From Pseudomonadota bacterium (GTDB taxonomy: Bacteria > Pseudomonadota > Gammaproteobacteria > Burkholderiales > JABEVD01): a stretch of 64,000 nt of DNA. Under the pieces are notes generated by a model that did not search any database, was not told where the DNA came from, and saw nothing but the letters and a program-made list of their open reading frames with translations. Below are positions 12,264 through 24,952 of this stretch, piece by piece (the stretch's first letter is position 1; the number at the start of each line of letters is the position of its first letter). The stretch lies in assembly GCA_021802545.1 (NCBI GenBank), contig JAJZRS010000010.1, forward strand, positions 6,801-70,800, in the 5' to 3' direction. The translations under genes and the position numbers were made by a program.

Positions 12264-14209
12264 AGAAAGCCTACCTGGACCTTCCCCCCATGATGGGCGC
12301 GAAGGGAGAGATTACCCTTCCCGGATCGAAAAGCATCTCCAACCGGGTCCTGCTCCTTTCCGCCCTCTCGGAAGGCAGCACTGACATTTTCGACCTGCTC
12401 GAATCCGACGACACGGAAAGAATGCTGGATGCATTGAAAACCCTTGGCGTCGAAATCACGCCTTTGGGGAACAATGCCTATCGCGTAAAGGGTTGCGGAG
12501 GAGATTTCCCTGTCAAGGACGCAAAGCTTTTCCTCGGAAACGCGGGAACCGCTTTCAGGCCGCTCACCGCTGCGCTGGCCTTGTCGAACGGGCATTACGA
12601 ATTATCGGGGGTGCCCAGAATGCACGAGCGGCCCATAGGGGACCTCGTCGACGCTTTGAGGCAAATCGGCGCGCAGATCAGCTACCTCGGCAACGAAGGC
12701 TATCCGCCTCTGGAGATCAACCCTGCGAAAATCGACGGTCATTCCCTTGCTGTGAAGGGGAACGTCTCCAGCCAATTCCTCACGGGTCTCCTGATGGCCC
12801 TCCCCCTTCTGAAAAGCAGAATCGAATTGAATGTCGAAGGGGAATTGATCTCGAAACCCTATATCGAAATCACGCTCTCCATGATGGAACGATTCGGCGT
12901 GAAGGTGGAGAAGACGGGCTGGTCCAGATTCGTCATTGCTGAAGACAGCCGCTATCTTTCCCCGGGGAAGATCCATGTCGAGGGAGATGCCTCATCGGCC
13001 TCCTATTTCCTCGCCGCAGGCGCGATAGGAAAAGGGCCCGTCAGGGTCTACGGCGTGGGCAAGGACAGCATCCAGGGGGACGCCAGGTTTTCGGAGGCGC
13101 TCGAAAAAATGGGCGCGAAAATCGAGACGGGTGAAAACTGGATCGAAGCATGCGCGCCAGAAAACGGATTGAAAGGCATCGACCTCGACTGCAACCACAT
13201 TCCTGATGCGGCGATGACCCTTGCGGTCGCGGCACTTTTCGCGAAGGGAAAGACGACCCTGAAGAACATCGCGAGCTGGAAGGTGAAGGAAACCGACAGG
13301 ATAGAGGCGATGGCGAAAGAGCTCGAAAAGCTGGGCGCCAGGGTCGAAAAAGGGGACGACTTCCTCATCGTCGAAGCCCCTGAGCGGCTCGATTACGCCG
13401 AAATCGACACCTACGACGACCACAGGATGGCGATGTGCTTTTCACTGGCCTCTTTCGGCACTCACGTCAGGATCAACGACCCCGAATGCGTCGCCAAAAC
13501 CTTCCCCGCCTATTTCGAGAAATTCATGAAAATAGCCGAGCCCATCCCGGTGATCGCGATAGACGGCCCATCCGCATCGGGAAAGGGAACGGTGGCCGGC
13601 CTCGTCGCAAAGGCGCTGGGCTACCATTATCTCGACAGCGGCGCGCTGTACAGGATAACCGCGCTCGCCTCATTGAGGGCGAATATCGATCTGGAAGACG
13701 AGCAAAAAGTCTACGATCTCGCGAGGCGCATCGCCATCTCGTTCGAAAACGGCGAAATCCTGCTGAACGGTGAAACCGTGACCGAGGATATCCGGCGCGA
13801 GGCCTGTTCGAATGGCGCATCCAAGGTGGCGGCCCATCCTGCCGTCAGATCGGCATTGCTTGAGCTGCAGAAGCGTTTCAGGCGGCTTCCCGGACTCGTT
13901 GCCGACGGCCGCGACATGGGATCGACCGTGTTTCCCGATGCGACCCTGAAGGTTTTCCTCACCGCAAGCGCCGAAGAACGCGCAAAAAGAAGGTATAAAC
14001 AGTTGATTGAAAAAGGAGTCGATGTTAGAATCGACACTCTTTTGCAGGATATCAGGGAGCGCGACGAGCGCGACAGCAAACGAAGCGTCGCCCCACTGCA
14101 GAAAAACGAGGACGCACAACTCCTCGACACGACCGGAATGAGCATTCAGGACGCCGTGTCCAGCGTGCTCGAATGGTACGAAAGCGCCGGAAAAAACCGG
14201 ATTGATTAA
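12260..14209 (+). CDS. aroA: Fused 3-phosphoshikimate 1-carboxyvinyltransferase (EPSP synthase) / cytidylate kinase
   Basis: One ORF. N-terminal ~430 aa are AroA ([34 protein letters not shown]). C-terminal ~220 aa are Cmk ([22 protein letters not shown]-like). ATG at 12260 forms an ATGA overlap with the tyrA stop; the track start at 12248 is a TTG. Confidence 0.92.
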   Translation: MKKAYLDLPPMMGAKGEITLPGSKSISNRVLLLSALSEGSTDIFDLLESDDTERMLDALKTLGVEITPLGNNAYRVKGCGGDFPVKDAKLFLGNAGTAFRPLTAALALSNGHYELSGVPRMHERPIGDLVDALRQIGAQISYLGNEGYPPLEINPAKIDGHSLAVKGNVSSQFLTGLLMALPLLKSRIELNVEGELISKPYIEITLSMMERFGVKVEKTGWSRFVIAEDSRYLSPGKIHVEGDASSASYFLAAGAIGKGPVRVYGVGKDSIQGDARFSEALEKMGAKIETGENWIEACAPENGLKGIDLDCNHIPDAAMTLAVAALFAKGKTTLKNIASWKVKETDRIEAMAKELEKLGARVEKGDDFLIVEAPERLDYAEIDTYDDHRMAMCFSLASFGTHVRINDPECVAKTFPAYFEKFMKIAEPIPVIAIDGPSASGKGTVAGLVAKALGYHYLDSGALYRITALASLRANIDLEDEQKVYDLARRIAISFENGEILLNGETVTEDIRREACSNGASKVAAHPAVRSALLELQKRFRRLPGLVADGRDMGSTVFPDATLKVFLTASAEERAKRRYKQLIEKGVDVRIDTLLQDIRERDERDSKRSVAPLQKNEDAQLLDTTGMSIQDAVSSVLEWYESAGKNRID

Positions 14210-14248
14210 CCAACCCCCGCCCGTCGGGATATTTTAGGTATTTTAAAG

Positions 14249-15958
<1,710 letters not shown>

Positions 15959-15967
15959 GGATTTGAC

Positions 15968-16252
15968 ATGACGAAGTCCGATCTGATCAACCGACTTGCC
16001 GAAAAACATCCGCAGCTCGTCCTCAAGGACGCGGAAATGGCCGTCAAGATGGTCCTGGAAGTGATGGCGACCAGCCTCGCTAGCGGGCAAAGGATAGAGA
16101 TCAGGGGGTTCGGCAGCTTCAGCCTGAATCACCGTCCGGCAAGAATGGGCAGAAACCCCAAATCGGGCGAAAAGGTCATGGTTCCGGAAAAGCATGTACC
16201 GCATTTCAAGGCCGGAAAAGAGCTGAGAGAACGGGTCGACGCCAAGAAATAA
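15968..16252 (+). CDS. ihfB: Integration host factor subunit beta
   Basis: 94-aa [46 protein letters not shown]. Confidence 0.95.
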   Translation: MTKSDLINRLAEKHPQLVLKDAEMAVKMVLEVMATSLASGQRIEIRGFGSFSLNHRPARMGRNPKSGEKVMVPEKHVPHFKAGKELRERVDAKK

Positions 16253-16282
16253 CCAGTGACCCGCAGTATCGGTTAAAATGAT

Positions 16283-16317
16283 GGCGGCAGGCCGAAAGGC
16301 GATGCCGCCTTTTTTTT
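16283..16317 (+). terminator. Rho-independent terminator after ihfB
   Basis: Stem GGCGGCA (16283-16289) pairs with TGCCGCC (16303-16309), followed by T8 (16310-16317). Confidence 0.8.
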
Positions 16318-16328
16318 ACAGGTTGACC

Positions 16329-16571
16329 ATGCGTTATCTGCTCTGGATCTCAAGAATATCGCTGTTCCTTCTTCTTTTCGGCTTCGCTCTGAAGAACGAT
16401 ACGCCTACCGTATTGCATTATTATCTCGGATACGAATGGCATGCCCCCCTCGCGCTGATCCTGCTCATCTTTTTCGCGATCGGCGTCGGCGTCGGACTGA
16501 TGGCCGGTTTCACCACGATATTCCGGCAGAGAAGGGAAATCGCCCAGCTGAAGAGCAAAGAAAAAGCCTGA
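16329..16571 (+). CDS. lapA: Lipopolysaccharide assembly protein LapA (YciS-like)
   Basis: 80-aa two-TM protein MRYLLWISRISLFLLLFGFAL..LILLIFFAIGVGVGLMAG directly upstream of lapB. The start is placed after the terminator; the track ORF from 16278 would span the terminator. Confidence 0.7.
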   Translation: MRYLLWISRISLFLLLFGFALKNDTPTVLHYYLGYEWHAPLALILLIFFAIGVGVGLMAGFTTIFRQRREIAQLKSKEKA

Positions 16572-16572
16572 A

Positions 16573-17736
16573 ATGGAAATCCAGTATTGGTGGTTTCTCG
16601 CCCTCCCCTTCTTCTTCGGCCTGGGATGGACGGCTGCAAGAATAGACCTCAAGCATCTGCTCTCGGAATCGCGCGCGCTTCCCCAGTCCTATTTCAAGGG
16701 ACTCAATTTCCTCATGAACGAACAGCCAGACAAGGCGATCGAGGCCTTCGTCGACGTGATCAAGGTCGAACCCCAGACCATCGAACTGCATTTCGCCCTC
16801 GGCAACCTGTTCAGGCGGCGCGGCGAAATCATGAGGGCGATCAAGATGCATCAGTCCCTGCTCGAGCGAGACGATCTCGACGAGGAACAGAAGCTCTACA
16901 CCCTTTTCGAAATCGCGCAGGATTATCTCAAGGCGGGACTCTTGGACAGGGCAGAGGAATCTTTCTCCAAGCTCGAAGGCACGATGTACGCCGAGTCGTC
17001 CCTGAAATTTCTGCTGGAAATCTTCGAACAGGAAAAGGACTGGCTGAAAGCGGTCACGACCGCCGAAAGGCTGGCCAAGCTTTCCGGGCAATCCTATCAG
17101 AAGGAAATCGCCAATTTCTATTGCGAACTCGCCAGCCAGGAAATGATGAATTCAAGGACGGACGATGCTCGCATGCATCTCGACGACGCATTGTCCGTGC
17201 ACAGGCGCTGCGTCCGGTCGAATGTGCTGCTGGGCGACCTTGAAGCGGGGCAAGGGCACTTCGAAGAAGCCATCTCGGCGTGGAAGCGCATCGAATCGCA
17301 GAGCCCGGACCATCTTTGCCTGGTGTCGAGCAAGATGCTGGACGCCTTTGGCAGGGCGGAAAGATTCGAAGAGGGGCTGCGCCTGCTGAAGGGCTATCTC
17401 TCGAATTACCCTTCAGTCGAACTGCTGAACGTCGTTTTCGACGCCGAACTCAAGTCGCACGGCATGGAAGCCGCCTATCATCTCGTCCGGGACGAACTCA
17501 GGCGTCATCCCAGCCTCATGGGCCTCGACAGGCTGCTCGAGGCCCAGCTGATGGAGGCGCCGATCGAGCGCAGGAAGGATCTGGAACTCATCAAGAACCT
17601 CGTGCACCAGCATGCCCAGAATCTCGCACAGTACCGCTGCGAATCCTGCGGATTCAACGCGAAGCAATTCTATTGGCATTGCCCCGCATGCGGCGGATGG
17701 GAAACATTCCCGCCCAAACAATCGGAAGAAAGATAA
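16573..17736 (+). CDS. lapB: Lipopolysaccharide assembly protein LapB (YciM), TPR plus rubredoxin-like zinc finger
   Basis: 387-aa ORF. N-terminal TM segment, TPR repeats, and C-terminal CESCGF..WHCPACGGW. Confidence 0.88.
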   Translation: MEIQYWWFLALPFFFGLGWTAARIDLKHLLSESRALPQSYFKGLNFLMNEQPDKAIEAFVDVIKVEPQTIELHFALGNLFRRRGEIMRAIKMHQSLLERDDLDEEQKLYTLFEIAQDYLKAGLLDRAEESFSKLEGTMYAESSLKFLLEIFEQEKDWLKAVTTAERLAKLSGQSYQKEIANFYCELASQEMMNSRTDDARMHLDDALSVHRRCVRSNVLLGDLEAGQGHFEEAISAWKRIESQSPDHLCLVSSKMLDAFGRAERFEEGLRLLKGYLSNYPSVELLNVVFDAELKSHGMEAAYHLVRDELRRHPSLMGLDRLLEAQLMEAPIERRKDLELIKNLVHQHAQNLAQYRCESCGFNAKQFYWHCPACGGWETFPPKQSEER

Positions 17737-18420
17737 ATGCATTCACCCCTCATCATCGCCCTTGATTTTCACGAAGGCGAACAGGCCATCCGATTCTCGG
17801 AGAAGCTCGACCCATCGCTTTGCAGGCTGAAGGTAGGCAAGGAGCTTTTCACGAGTTCCGGACCTGCTCTCGTCGAAACCCTGATGAAGAAGAATTTCGA
17901 AATCTTCCTGGACCTGAAATTCCACGACATTCCGAACACGGTCGCATCCGCCTGCAGGGCCGCCGCCAAACTCGGCGTCTGGATGGTCAATGTCCATGCC
18001 CTGGGCGGGTCCAGGATGATGATGGCCGCAAGGGAAGCCTTGGCAGGCACTGGAACCAAGCTCATCGCAGTCACCCTGCTGACCAGCATGGGGAGCGAAG
18101 ACATTCGTGAAATCGGCCTCGAGGGCGAGCCTGCCCAGGTCGTCAAGCGCCTGGCCTCCCTTGCCCATGCCTGCCAGCTCGACGGGGTGGTTTGCTCGGC
18201 CATGGAAGCCTCCATGCTCAAGTCGCAATTCGGGGCAGCATTCCAGCTCGTCACCCCCGGCATCAGGCCCAAAGGCGCATCGAACGACGACCAGAAAAGG
18301 ATCATGACGCCAAGGGAGGCGATCGAGGCCGGATCGGATTATCTCGTGATCGGAAGGCCCATCAGGGAAGCCGCTGACCCTAACCGCGCGATGGAAGCCA
18401 TACTCGAGGAGCTGAAATGA
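17737..18420 (+). CDS. pyrF: Orotidine 5'-phosphate decarboxylase
   Basis: 227-aa ORF. IIALDF, the [12 protein letters not shown] motif, and LVIGRPI. Confidence 0.93.
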   Translation: MHSPLIIALDFHEGEQAIRFSEKLDPSLCRLKVGKELFTSSGPALVETLMKKNFEIFLDLKFHDIPNTVASACRAAAKLGVWMVNVHALGGSRMMMAAREALAGTGTKLIAVTLLTSMGSEDIREIGLEGEPAQVVKRLASLAHACQLDGVVCSAMEASMLKSQFGAAFQLVTPGIRPKGASNDDQKRIMTPREAIEAGSDYLVIGRPIREAADPNRAMEAILEELK

Positions 18421-19349
18421 GCCTTCCCCCCTTTTCCGATGCGAAAGTGCTGATCGTCGGGGATGTCATGCTCGACCGCTACTGGTTCGGGGATGTCGAC
18501 CGTATTTCCCCCGAAGCGCCTGTTCCGGTCATCAAGGTGAACAGCGTGGAGGAACGCGCAGGAGGAGCTGCCAATGTCGCGCGGAACGTGGCTTCCCTCG
18601 GCGCCAAGGCCACCCTTCTTTCCGTCGTGGGGATGGACGAGCCAGGCAGCACCCTCGAATCCCTGATGCGCACTGAAGGCGTCAGAGCCCTCTTTCACCG
18701 CGACGCCGGCATTTCGACGACGATCAAGCTGCGCGCCGTGGCCAGGCACCAGCAGCTCCTCAGGATAGACTTCGAAACGCAGCCCAGCTTCGAGATACTG
18801 GAATCAGTCCTCGCGGATTTTTCGCGGGAAGTGGGGCACACGGACGCCGTCGTCCTTTCAGACTACGGCAAGGGGGGGCTTCATCACATCGAGAAGATGA
18901 TAGCGATCGCGAGGGAAGCGGGAAAGCCGGTTTTCGTCGACCCGAAGGGAGACGACTATGCGCGATACCGGGGAGCTACCATGATCACCCCGAACAGGAG
19001 CGAATTCAGGCAGGTTGCGGGCAGCTGGAAGAGCGAAAAAGAGCTCGAGGAAAAGGCCCAGAATTTAAGGCGGCAGCTCGAACTCGATGCGCTGCTCCTG
19101 ACCAGGAGCGAGGAAGGCATGAGCCTTTACCGTGAAGAAGGCGTTCTGCACGAAGGCGTGAAGGCAAGGGAAGTGTTCGACGTCAGCGGCGCGGGAGACA
19201 CGGTGATCGCGGCTTTCGCGACCATGGCCGCATCCGGCGCCTCGTTCGCCGATGCGATGCGCGTGGCGAACAGGGCCGGCGGCATCGTCGTTGGCAAGCT
19301 CGGCACTGCCGTTGCGACAAGAGAAGAACTGGAAAATCTGGAGGAATGA
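18417..19349 (+). CDS. rfaE1: D-glycero-beta-D-manno-heptose-7-phosphate kinase (RfaE domain I only)
   Basis: 310-aa [31 protein letters not shown] and the C-terminal GAGDTVIA ribokinase motif. No fused adenylyltransferase domain. Confidence 0.9.
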   Translation: MSLPPFSDAKVLIVGDVMLDRYWFGDVDRISPEAPVPVIKVNSVEERAGGAANVARNVASLGAKATLLSVVGMDEPGSTLESLMRTEGVRALFHRDAGISTTIKLRAVARHQQLLRIDFETQPSFEILESVLADFSREVGHTDAVVLSDYGKGGLHHIEKMIAIAREAGKPVFVDPKGDDYARYRGATMITPNRSEFRQVAGSWKSEKELEEKAQNLRRQLELDALLLTRSEEGMSLYREEGVLHEGVKAREVFDVSGAGDTVIAAFATMAASGASFADAMRVANRAGGIVVGKLGTAVATREELENLEE

Positions 19350-20335
19350 TGGTTTACATTGTGACCGGGGCAGCAGGGTTTATCGGATCGAACATCGTGA
19401 AGGGGCTCAATGAGCGCGGCATCACGAACATCATCGCAGTCGACAACCTGAAGCATGCCCAGAAATTCAGGAACCTGACGGACTGCGAAATCGCCGATTA
19501 TTTCGACAAATCCGAATTCCTGGAGAATCTCCCGAGCCTCGGAAAAATAGCGGCCGTCCTGCACCAGGGCGCCTGTTCGGACACGATGGAGTCCGACGGC
19601 CGCTACATGATGGAGAACAACTACCGCTATTCGCTCGCGCTGCTCGACCATTGCCAGGAAAATTCCGTGCCCTACATCTATGCCTCTTCCGCTTCCGTCT
19701 ACGGATCGGGCACCGTATTCAGGGAAAGCCGCGAGTTCGAATCCCCGCTCAACGTGTACGGCTATTCGAAATTCCTGTTCGACCAGATCGTGAGGAAAAG
19801 GATGGCGAAAAAGACCGCGCAGATCGCCGGTTTCCGCTATTTCAACGTGTACGGCCAGAGGGAGACGCACAAGGGCAGGATGGCTTCCGTCGCCTTCCAT
19901 TTCTTCAACCAGTACAGGGAAAACGGGTGCGTGAAGCTTTTCGAGGGCTCAGGCGGCTTTGGCGCCGGCGAGCAGCGCCGCGATTTCGTCTCGGTGGAGG
20001 ACGTGACCCGGGTCAACCTGTTTTTCCTGGACCATCCGGAAATTTCGGGCATCTACAATGTCGGGACCGGTGCGTCAGAGCCTTTCAATTCGGTGGCCGT
20101 GGCGGCCATCAATGCATGCCTTGCGCATGACGGAAAAGAGCCGATGACCCTTGCAGAAATGAAGGAAAAGAACGTGATCCAGTACATTCCCTTCCCCGAA
20201 GGACTGAAGAAGCAGTACCAGAGCTATACCGAGGCGGATGTCGGCGCATTGCGGCAAGCCGGATACGACACGCCTTTCCTGACGGTCGAGCAGGGCGTAT
20301 CCCGCTACATCGAGCATCTCTTCAAGGGACAGTGA
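19346..20335 (+). CDS. rfaD: ADP-L-glycero-D-manno-heptose 6-epimerase
   Basis: 329-aa [15 protein letters not shown], the YGYSKFLFD catalytic YxxxK, and RDFVSVEDV. Confidence 0.93.
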   Translation: MMVYIVTGAAGFIGSNIVKGLNERGITNIIAVDNLKHAQKFRNLTDCEIADYFDKSEFLENLPSLGKIAAVLHQGACSDTMESDGRYMMENNYRYSLALLDHCQENSVPYIYASSASVYGSGTVFRESREFESPLNVYGYSKFLFDQIVRKRMAKKTAQIAGFRYFNVYGQRETHKGRMASVAFHFFNQYRENGCVKLFEGSGGFGAGEQRRDFVSVEDVTRVNLFFLDHPEISGIYNVGTGASEPFNSVAVAAINACLAHDGKEPMTLAEMKEKNVIQYIPFPEGLKKQYQSYTEADVGALRQAGYDTPFLTVEQGVSRYIEHLFKGQ

Positions 20336-21467
20336 ATACGGGGGCGAATCCGCCCCCTTCCGTCCTGAAATTGGTCGCCTGCCCCTGGTAGAGCCTGGCT
20401 GCAAGAAGCTGGACCTTCCCGTCGTAGGCGAAATTCCTGTAATCGTATTTCAGGACTCTGCCTTCGATTTCGAATTCCATGGCCGGCACGTATTCCTGAT
20501 AGACGTACTGCCCATCCAGTATCTCTTCCCAGACCCTTCTCGTCAGCTTCTCACCCCGATACACCGCCTTCGCCCCGTATCCCGCATGCGGCTTGAAGAA
20601 CAGCCTTCTTCTTTCCGACCAGAGCGCATCCGGATCCGCTTCCCTCACGATCCCTGTCCACGCTATGCCCCGGGTCAACAGCCTGGCGGTTTCTTCGTCG
20701 ACGCCCATCGATTCCAGTGCATCCCGGCTCGAAAGGATGGCAAGGTTGCGCTTGTCGGCGAAGAGCGCATGCGCCTTCGGATGGGGGGTGATCACGGCCG
20801 CATCCTCGAGATAGGCTTGCCGCAACGCATCATGGCGTTCGAAGGAGAAATCGGTCAGCCTGTTGTAGACGAGATCGATCGTCTTGTCTTCGAATTGAAG
20901 CTTGCCGCTCCCATATTCCAGACCGGATGCGTCGATAACGGATGCCGCGATGCCTCGATTTTCGAACAGCTTCTTGAACAGGCAGAATTCAGGGTAGAGG
21001 AACTGGGAGGCGCAGTCTTCGTCGACGATCGCGACCCGCTTTAGAGGCTTGTCTCCCCGCTTCATCCGCCATTCGTTCATGAACATGTCGAAGAAGACAT
21101 CTTCGAGATTCGTTTTCACGCCCCATGCGCGCAGGAGCAATACATTGAGGTAGGCCCCGCCTGCATTGGTGTTGATCTCGATCAGCTTTGGGCCGGTCTC
21201 GCCGATGTGGAAATCGTATCCGAAAAAAACGCCTTTCGTTCCCGGTTCGAATTTCGCTATGTCAGGCGCCCATTGCAGCACCCTGTCCCGATAAGCATCG
21301 AGGGCTGACACGCGCTCGATAGCGCGGACGATTTCGGCCATCTTTTCGGCATGATCCCTCGAAACCTCGACCTTGCAGGGGGAAAACATGGCCTCGGGAA
21401 AGGCGACCCCTTCAGACTCGCATTCGCGCCTGATCCTCGAAAAATCGGGAATCAATTCGCCAGCCAC
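20322..21467 (-). CDS. Conserved hypothetical, ATP-grasp-like fold
   Basis: 381-aa [26 protein letters not shown] resembles the Mg/ATP-binding E-x-N strand of ATP-grasp ligases. No more specific family recognised. Confidence 0.45.
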   Translation of the reverse strand: MAGELIPDFSRIRRECESEGVAFPEAMFSPCKVEVSRDHAEKMAEIVRAIERVSALDAYRDRVLQWAPDIAKFEPGTKGVFFGYDFHIGETGPKLIEINTNAGGAYLNVLLLRAWGVKTNLEDVFFDMFMNEWRMKRGDKPLKRVAIVDEDCASQFLYPEFCLFKKLFENRGIAASVIDASGLEYGSGKLQFEDKTIDLVYNRLTDFSFERHDALRQAYLEDAAVITPHPKAHALFADKRNLAILSSRDALESMGVDEETARLLTRGIAWTGIVREADPDALWSERRRLFFKPHAGYGAKAVYRGEKLTRRVWEEILDGQYVYQEYVPAMEFEIEGRVLKYDYRNFAYDGKVQLLAARLYQGQATNFRTEGGGFAPVFTVP

Positions 21468-21796
21468 TCCTCCGCCTTGTGCATGTCGTGGAAGACCTTG
21501 ACCTCTCCGTCAGTAAACATGTTGGAAATCCAGGCGAGAGAGCCTATCCAGCTGCTGTCGGTGAGGACGGCGATCTTCTTGAAGGCGTAGGGATGGTTTT
21601 TCCCGAACTTGATTTCCTCCCAGACCATGTCAACGGTGTACTTGATCATTTCCCTGAGATCGAGCAGGAGATTCACCTGTCCCTTGAATTCCAGCCTGTA
21701 ACTGACCGCGTCTTCGAACTCCTTGAAATCGGAGAGCGTGAATTCCCCGAATACGGTTGCGCAAAGCCGCCTTTCGTTGTGTTCAGTGGTGATCAT
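21452..21796 (-). CDS. STAS/SpoIIAA-like (DUF3478-type) small protein
   Basis: Start MITTEHNERRL at 21796 forms an ATGA overlap with the rlmB stop. The ~114-aa sequence (FKKIAVLTDSSWIGSLAWISNMF) resembles SpoIIAA-like domains. The upstream extension of the track ORF overlaps rlmB and is rejected. Confidence 0.55.
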   Translation of the reverse strand: MITTEHNERRLCATVFGEFTLSDFKEFEDAVSYRLEFKGQVNLLLDLREMIKYTVDMVWEEIKFGKNHPYAFKKIAVLTDSSWIGSLAWISNMFTDGEVKVFHDMHKAEEWLAN

Positions 21797-22533
21797 GCCT
21801 TTTCCTTCGCTATTCGCCGCTGACGGCGTGTTTCGAACATCACAATGCCGCTTGTCACTGAAAGGTTGAGGCTTTCCACCATGCCTTCCATGGGTATTCT
21901 GACAAGTCTGTCGCAATTTTCACGGGTGAGCCGCCTCATTCCCGAGCCTTCCGCGCCGAGCACCCAGGCGACCGGTCCTGCGAGCTTCATATCGAAAATG
22001 TCGTCCTCGCCGTCCTCGGCCGTGCCTATGATCATTATTCCCGCATCCTGCATCTGCCTCAAGGCTCTCGCGAGATTCGTCACGGTGATATAAGGCACGG
22101 TCTCTGCAGCGCCGCTCGCAACCTTGGCTGCGGTCGCGTTCAATCCGACGGCCCTGTCCTTGGGCGCGATCACGGCATGCACACCGAATGCGTCAGCAAC
22201 CCGCAAACAAGCGCCAAGATTGTGAGGATCCTGGACGCCGTCGAGGACGAGCAGCAGCGCATCGTCTTCCAGGGTATCTAGCAGGTCTTCCAGCGCAAGG
22301 TATTTGCGAACATCCTCGACCTTCGCGACCACGCCCTGGTGCCTCGCGTTGCCGGCCATGCCGGTAAGCCGAGCGGAATCGAGATAATGCAATTTGATTT
22401 TATGCGCTTCCAGAAGCGATGCAAGCTGCTTGATTCTCGGGTCTCTTCTGGAGGAGTCGAGATAAACTTCGAGCACGCTCTGGGGGTGCTGCCTGATTCT
22501 GGAAGACACCGCGTGGAAACCGAAAAGCAGCAT
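21793..22533 (-). CDS. rlmB: 23S rRNA (guanosine-2'-O)-methyltransferase RlmB
   Basis: 246-aa ORF. SpoU/TrmH motifs LVLDGVQDPHNLGACLR, VLGAEGSGMR and PMEGMVESLNLSV. Follows rnr as is usual. Confidence 0.9.
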   Translation of the reverse strand: MLLFGFHAVSSRIRQHPQSVLEVYLDSSRRDPRIKQLASLLEAHKIKLHYLDSARLTGMAGNARHQGVVAKVEDVRKYLALEDLLDTLEDDALLLVLDGVQDPHNLGACLRVADAFGVHAVIAPKDRAVGLNATAAKVASGAAETVPYITVTNLARALRQMQDAGIMIIGTAEDGEDDIFDMKLAGPVAWVLGAEGSGMRRLTRENCDRLVRIPMEGMVESLNLSVTSGIVMFETRRQRRIAKEKA

Positions 22534-24722
22534 TATTTCTTCTTGCGCGTTTTCTTGGGCGAATCGGGCTCGCCGTCCAGGACGAAATCGATCTTGCTCG
22601 TCTCGAGATCGACCCTGACGACCTTGATCCTGGCGCGGTCGCCCAGGCGGAAACGCTTGCCAGTCCGCTCACCGATGATCTGGTGCAATGCCTGGTCGAA
22701 ATGGAAATAATCGCTTCCAAGCTCTGAAATATGGACGAGCCCTTCGACGTAGACGTCGTCGAGGGCGATGAAAAGACCGAATCCAGTCACGCCGCTGATC
22801 GATCCCTCGAAGCTCATGCCGATCTTGTCCATCATCCAGTAGCATTTGAGCCAGGATTCGACGTCCCGGGTCGCCTCGTCAGCGCGCCGCTCCGTCATGG
22901 AGCAGTGGGCGCCGAGTTCGCTCCAGCTTCCCGGAGTGTATTTCGCGCCCTCCAGCACTGACCTGATCGCCCGATGGATCAAGAGATCCGGGTAGCGCCT
23001 GATCGGGGAAGTGAAATGCGTATAGGATTCGTAGGCAAGCCCGAAATGCCCGACGTTCTCCGGGCTGTAAATGGCCTGCTGCAGCGAGCGGAGCATCACG
23101 GTCTGGAGCAGCTGCGCGTCCGGCCTGTCCTTGATTTTAGAGAGCAGCGCCGCATAATCCTTTGCATGGGGATCGTCCCCTCCCTTCAGGTCAAGTCCGA
23201 ACTCCTTCAGGAAACTGCGCAGGTTCTCGAGCTTTTCCGGCGTCGGGCCTTCGTGAATGCGGTAAAGGGCGGCCTGGTGATGCTTCTTCAGAAATTCAGA
23301 TGCGCAGACATTCGCTGCAAGCATGCATTCCTCGATGAGGCGGTGGGCATCGTTGCGCGTTATGGGAACGATCCTGTCGATCTTGCCCTGGTCGTTGAAA
23401 ACCATCTGCGTTTCGATGGTCTCGAAATCGATCGCGCCTCGCAAGACGCGCGCCTTCGCCAGCACCTTGTAGAGGGTATAGAGGAGCTGGACATGGGGAA
23501 GCAGCGCTGCATGCTCCCCGGCTTCTTCCGGATTTTCCAGCATGGCCGCCACCTTCGTGTAGGTGAGCCTGGCATGGGAATACATGACCGCAGGATAGAA
23601 CTTGTATGCCTTGAATTCGCCATGGGCGTCGAGATCCATTTCGCAGACCATGCAGAGCCTGTCGACATGGGGATTCAAGGAACACAGTTCGTTCGAGAGC
23701 GCTTCGGGCAGCATGGGAATGACGCGCCTCGGGAAATAGACCGAGTTGCCGCGCTTCAGCGCCTCGACATCGAGCGCATCCTTCGGCCTCACGTAATGGC
23801 TGACATCCGCGATGGCGACATACAGTTTGTATCCACGCCCCTTCTTTTCGCAATACACGGCATCGTCGAAATCCCTGGCCGTCTCGCCGTCTATGGTCAC
23901 GAGAGGAAGATGCCTGATGTCCACCCTGCCCTCTATTTCGGATTTCTTGACCTTCTTCGGGAATTTCGAAGCGGCCTTCTCGACGTCTTGAGGGAACACA
24001 TTGGGCAGATCGTGCTTTCTCAGGGCGATCTCGATTTCCATGCCTGGATCTGCGTAATTGCCCAGTATTTCGACGACCCGTCCGATGGGCTGCATGCGCT
24101 TGGAAGGCTGCTCGATGATTTCGATCATCACCACCTGCCCCGGCTGCGCCCCCATGTGCTCGCCGGGGGGGACCAGGATGTCCTGATTGATGCGCCTGTT
24201 TTCGGCCACCACGAAAAGGACGGAATGCTCGACATAGAGCCTGCCGACGAGGCGCGAATTGGCGCGCTCGAGCACCTCGACGATGCTCGCCTCCCTGCGC
24301 CCTCGCCTGTCCATGCCGATTTCCCTCGCCATGACCCTGTCGCCGTGGAAGACCTTGTGCATTTCCTTGGGGCCGAGAAACAGGTCCGGGCTTCCGTCGT
24401 CAGGCGTCAGGAAACCGAATCCGTCCGGATGTCCCTGCACGACTCCCTTGACGAGATCGAGCTTCTCGACGACGCAGATCGCCCCTTTCCTGTTGCGCAT
24501 GACCTGGCCGTCGCGCTCCATGGCGCGCAGCCTGTGCCCGAACGCATCGAATTCGTGATCCTCGATCTCGAGGGATTCGGACAGCTTCTCGATCGAAACC
24601 GGGACACCGAAACCCGAGAGGGTTTCGAGTATGAATTCCCTGCTCGGCAAGGGGTGCTGATAATTCTGTTTTTCCCGTTCGAGATAGGGATCCTTGGCTC
24701 TGGCTTTCTTATTCATTGACAA
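22533..24722 (-). CDS. rnr: Ribonuclease R
   Basis: 729-aa ORF. Cold-shock-like N-terminus (GHPDGFGFL), RNB domain (TIDGETARDFDDAV), C-terminal S1 domain and lysine-rich tail. Confidence 0.95.
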   Translation of the reverse strand: MSMNKKARAKDPYLEREKQNYQHPLPSREFILETLSGFGVPVSIEKLSESLEIEDHEFDAFGHRLRAMERDGQVMRNRKGAICVVEKLDLVKGVVQGHPDGFGFLTPDDGSPDLFLGPKEMHKVFHGDRVMAREIGMDRRGRREASIVEVLERANSRLVGRLYVEHSVLFVVAENRRINQDILVPPGEHMGAQPGQVVMIEIIEQPSKRMQPIGRVVEILGNYADPGMEIEIALRKHDLPNVFPQDVEKAASKFPKKVKKSEIEGRVDIRHLPLVTIDGETARDFDDAVYCEKKGRGYKLYVAIADVSHYVRPKDALDVEALKRGNSVYFPRRVIPMLPEALSNELCSLNPHVDRLCMVCEMDLDAHGEFKAYKFYPAVMYSHARLTYTKVAAMLENPEEAGEHAALLPHVQLLYTLYKVLAKARVLRGAIDFETIETQMVFNDQGKIDRIVPITRNDAHRLIEECMLAANVCASEFLKKHHQAALYRIHEGPTPEKLENLRSFLKEFGLDLKGGDDPHAKDYAALLSKIKDRPDAQLLQTVMLRSLQQAIYSPENVGHFGLAYESYTHFTSPIRRYPDLLIHRAIRSVLEGAKYTPGSWSELGAHCSMTERRADEATRDVESWLKCYWMMDKIGMSFEGSISGVTGFGLFIALDDVYVEGLVHISELGSDYFHFDQALHQIIGERTGKRFRLGDRARIKVVRVDLETSKIDFVLDGEPDSPKKTRKKK

Positions 24723-24770
24723 AAACTCAAAATCCTATAAAATTCGGAACTTCCGTCGCGAGACGGAAAT

Positions 24771-24855
24771 GCCCAGATGGCGGAATTGGTAGACGCGCAC
24801 GGTTCAGGTCCGTGTGCCGCAAGGTGTGGAGGTTCGAGTCCTCTTCTGGGCACCA
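24771..24855 (+). tRNA. tRNA-Leu (anticodon CAG)
   Basis: GCCCAGATGGCGGAATTGGTAGACGCGCACGGTTCAGGTCCGTGTGCCGCAAGGTGTGGAGGTTCGAGTCCTCTTCTGGGCACCA. The 7-bp acceptor stem pairs, the anticodon stem CACGG/CCGTG has loop TTCAGGT, there is a long variable arm, the T-loop is GGTTCGAGTCC, and CCA is encoded. Confidence 0.95.
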
Positions 24856-24861
24856 AACACC

Positions 24862-24898
24862 AAAAATCGCACTGCCGCAAGGCAAGTGCGATTTTTTT
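24862..24898. terminator. Bidirectional intrinsic terminator between tRNA-Leu and the convergent peroxidase gene
   Basis: AAAAATCGCACT..AGTGCGATTTTTTT: a 7-12 bp stem flanked by an A-run on one side and a T-run on the other. Confidence 0.7.
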
Positions 24899-24952
24899 CG
24901 CCCGCCTTGTCAGCAGCGGGCATTCTAACACAGTTCACGCCCCGAAAGGTTT

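Noticed and set aside
24751-24768. Hairpin TTCCGTC-GCGA-GACGGAA immediately upstream of tRNA-Leu.
   Set aside because: It is short and isolated, with no T-run and no recognisable promoter relation. It may be a processing or terminator remnant for rnr leader transcripts, but there is not enough evidence to call it.
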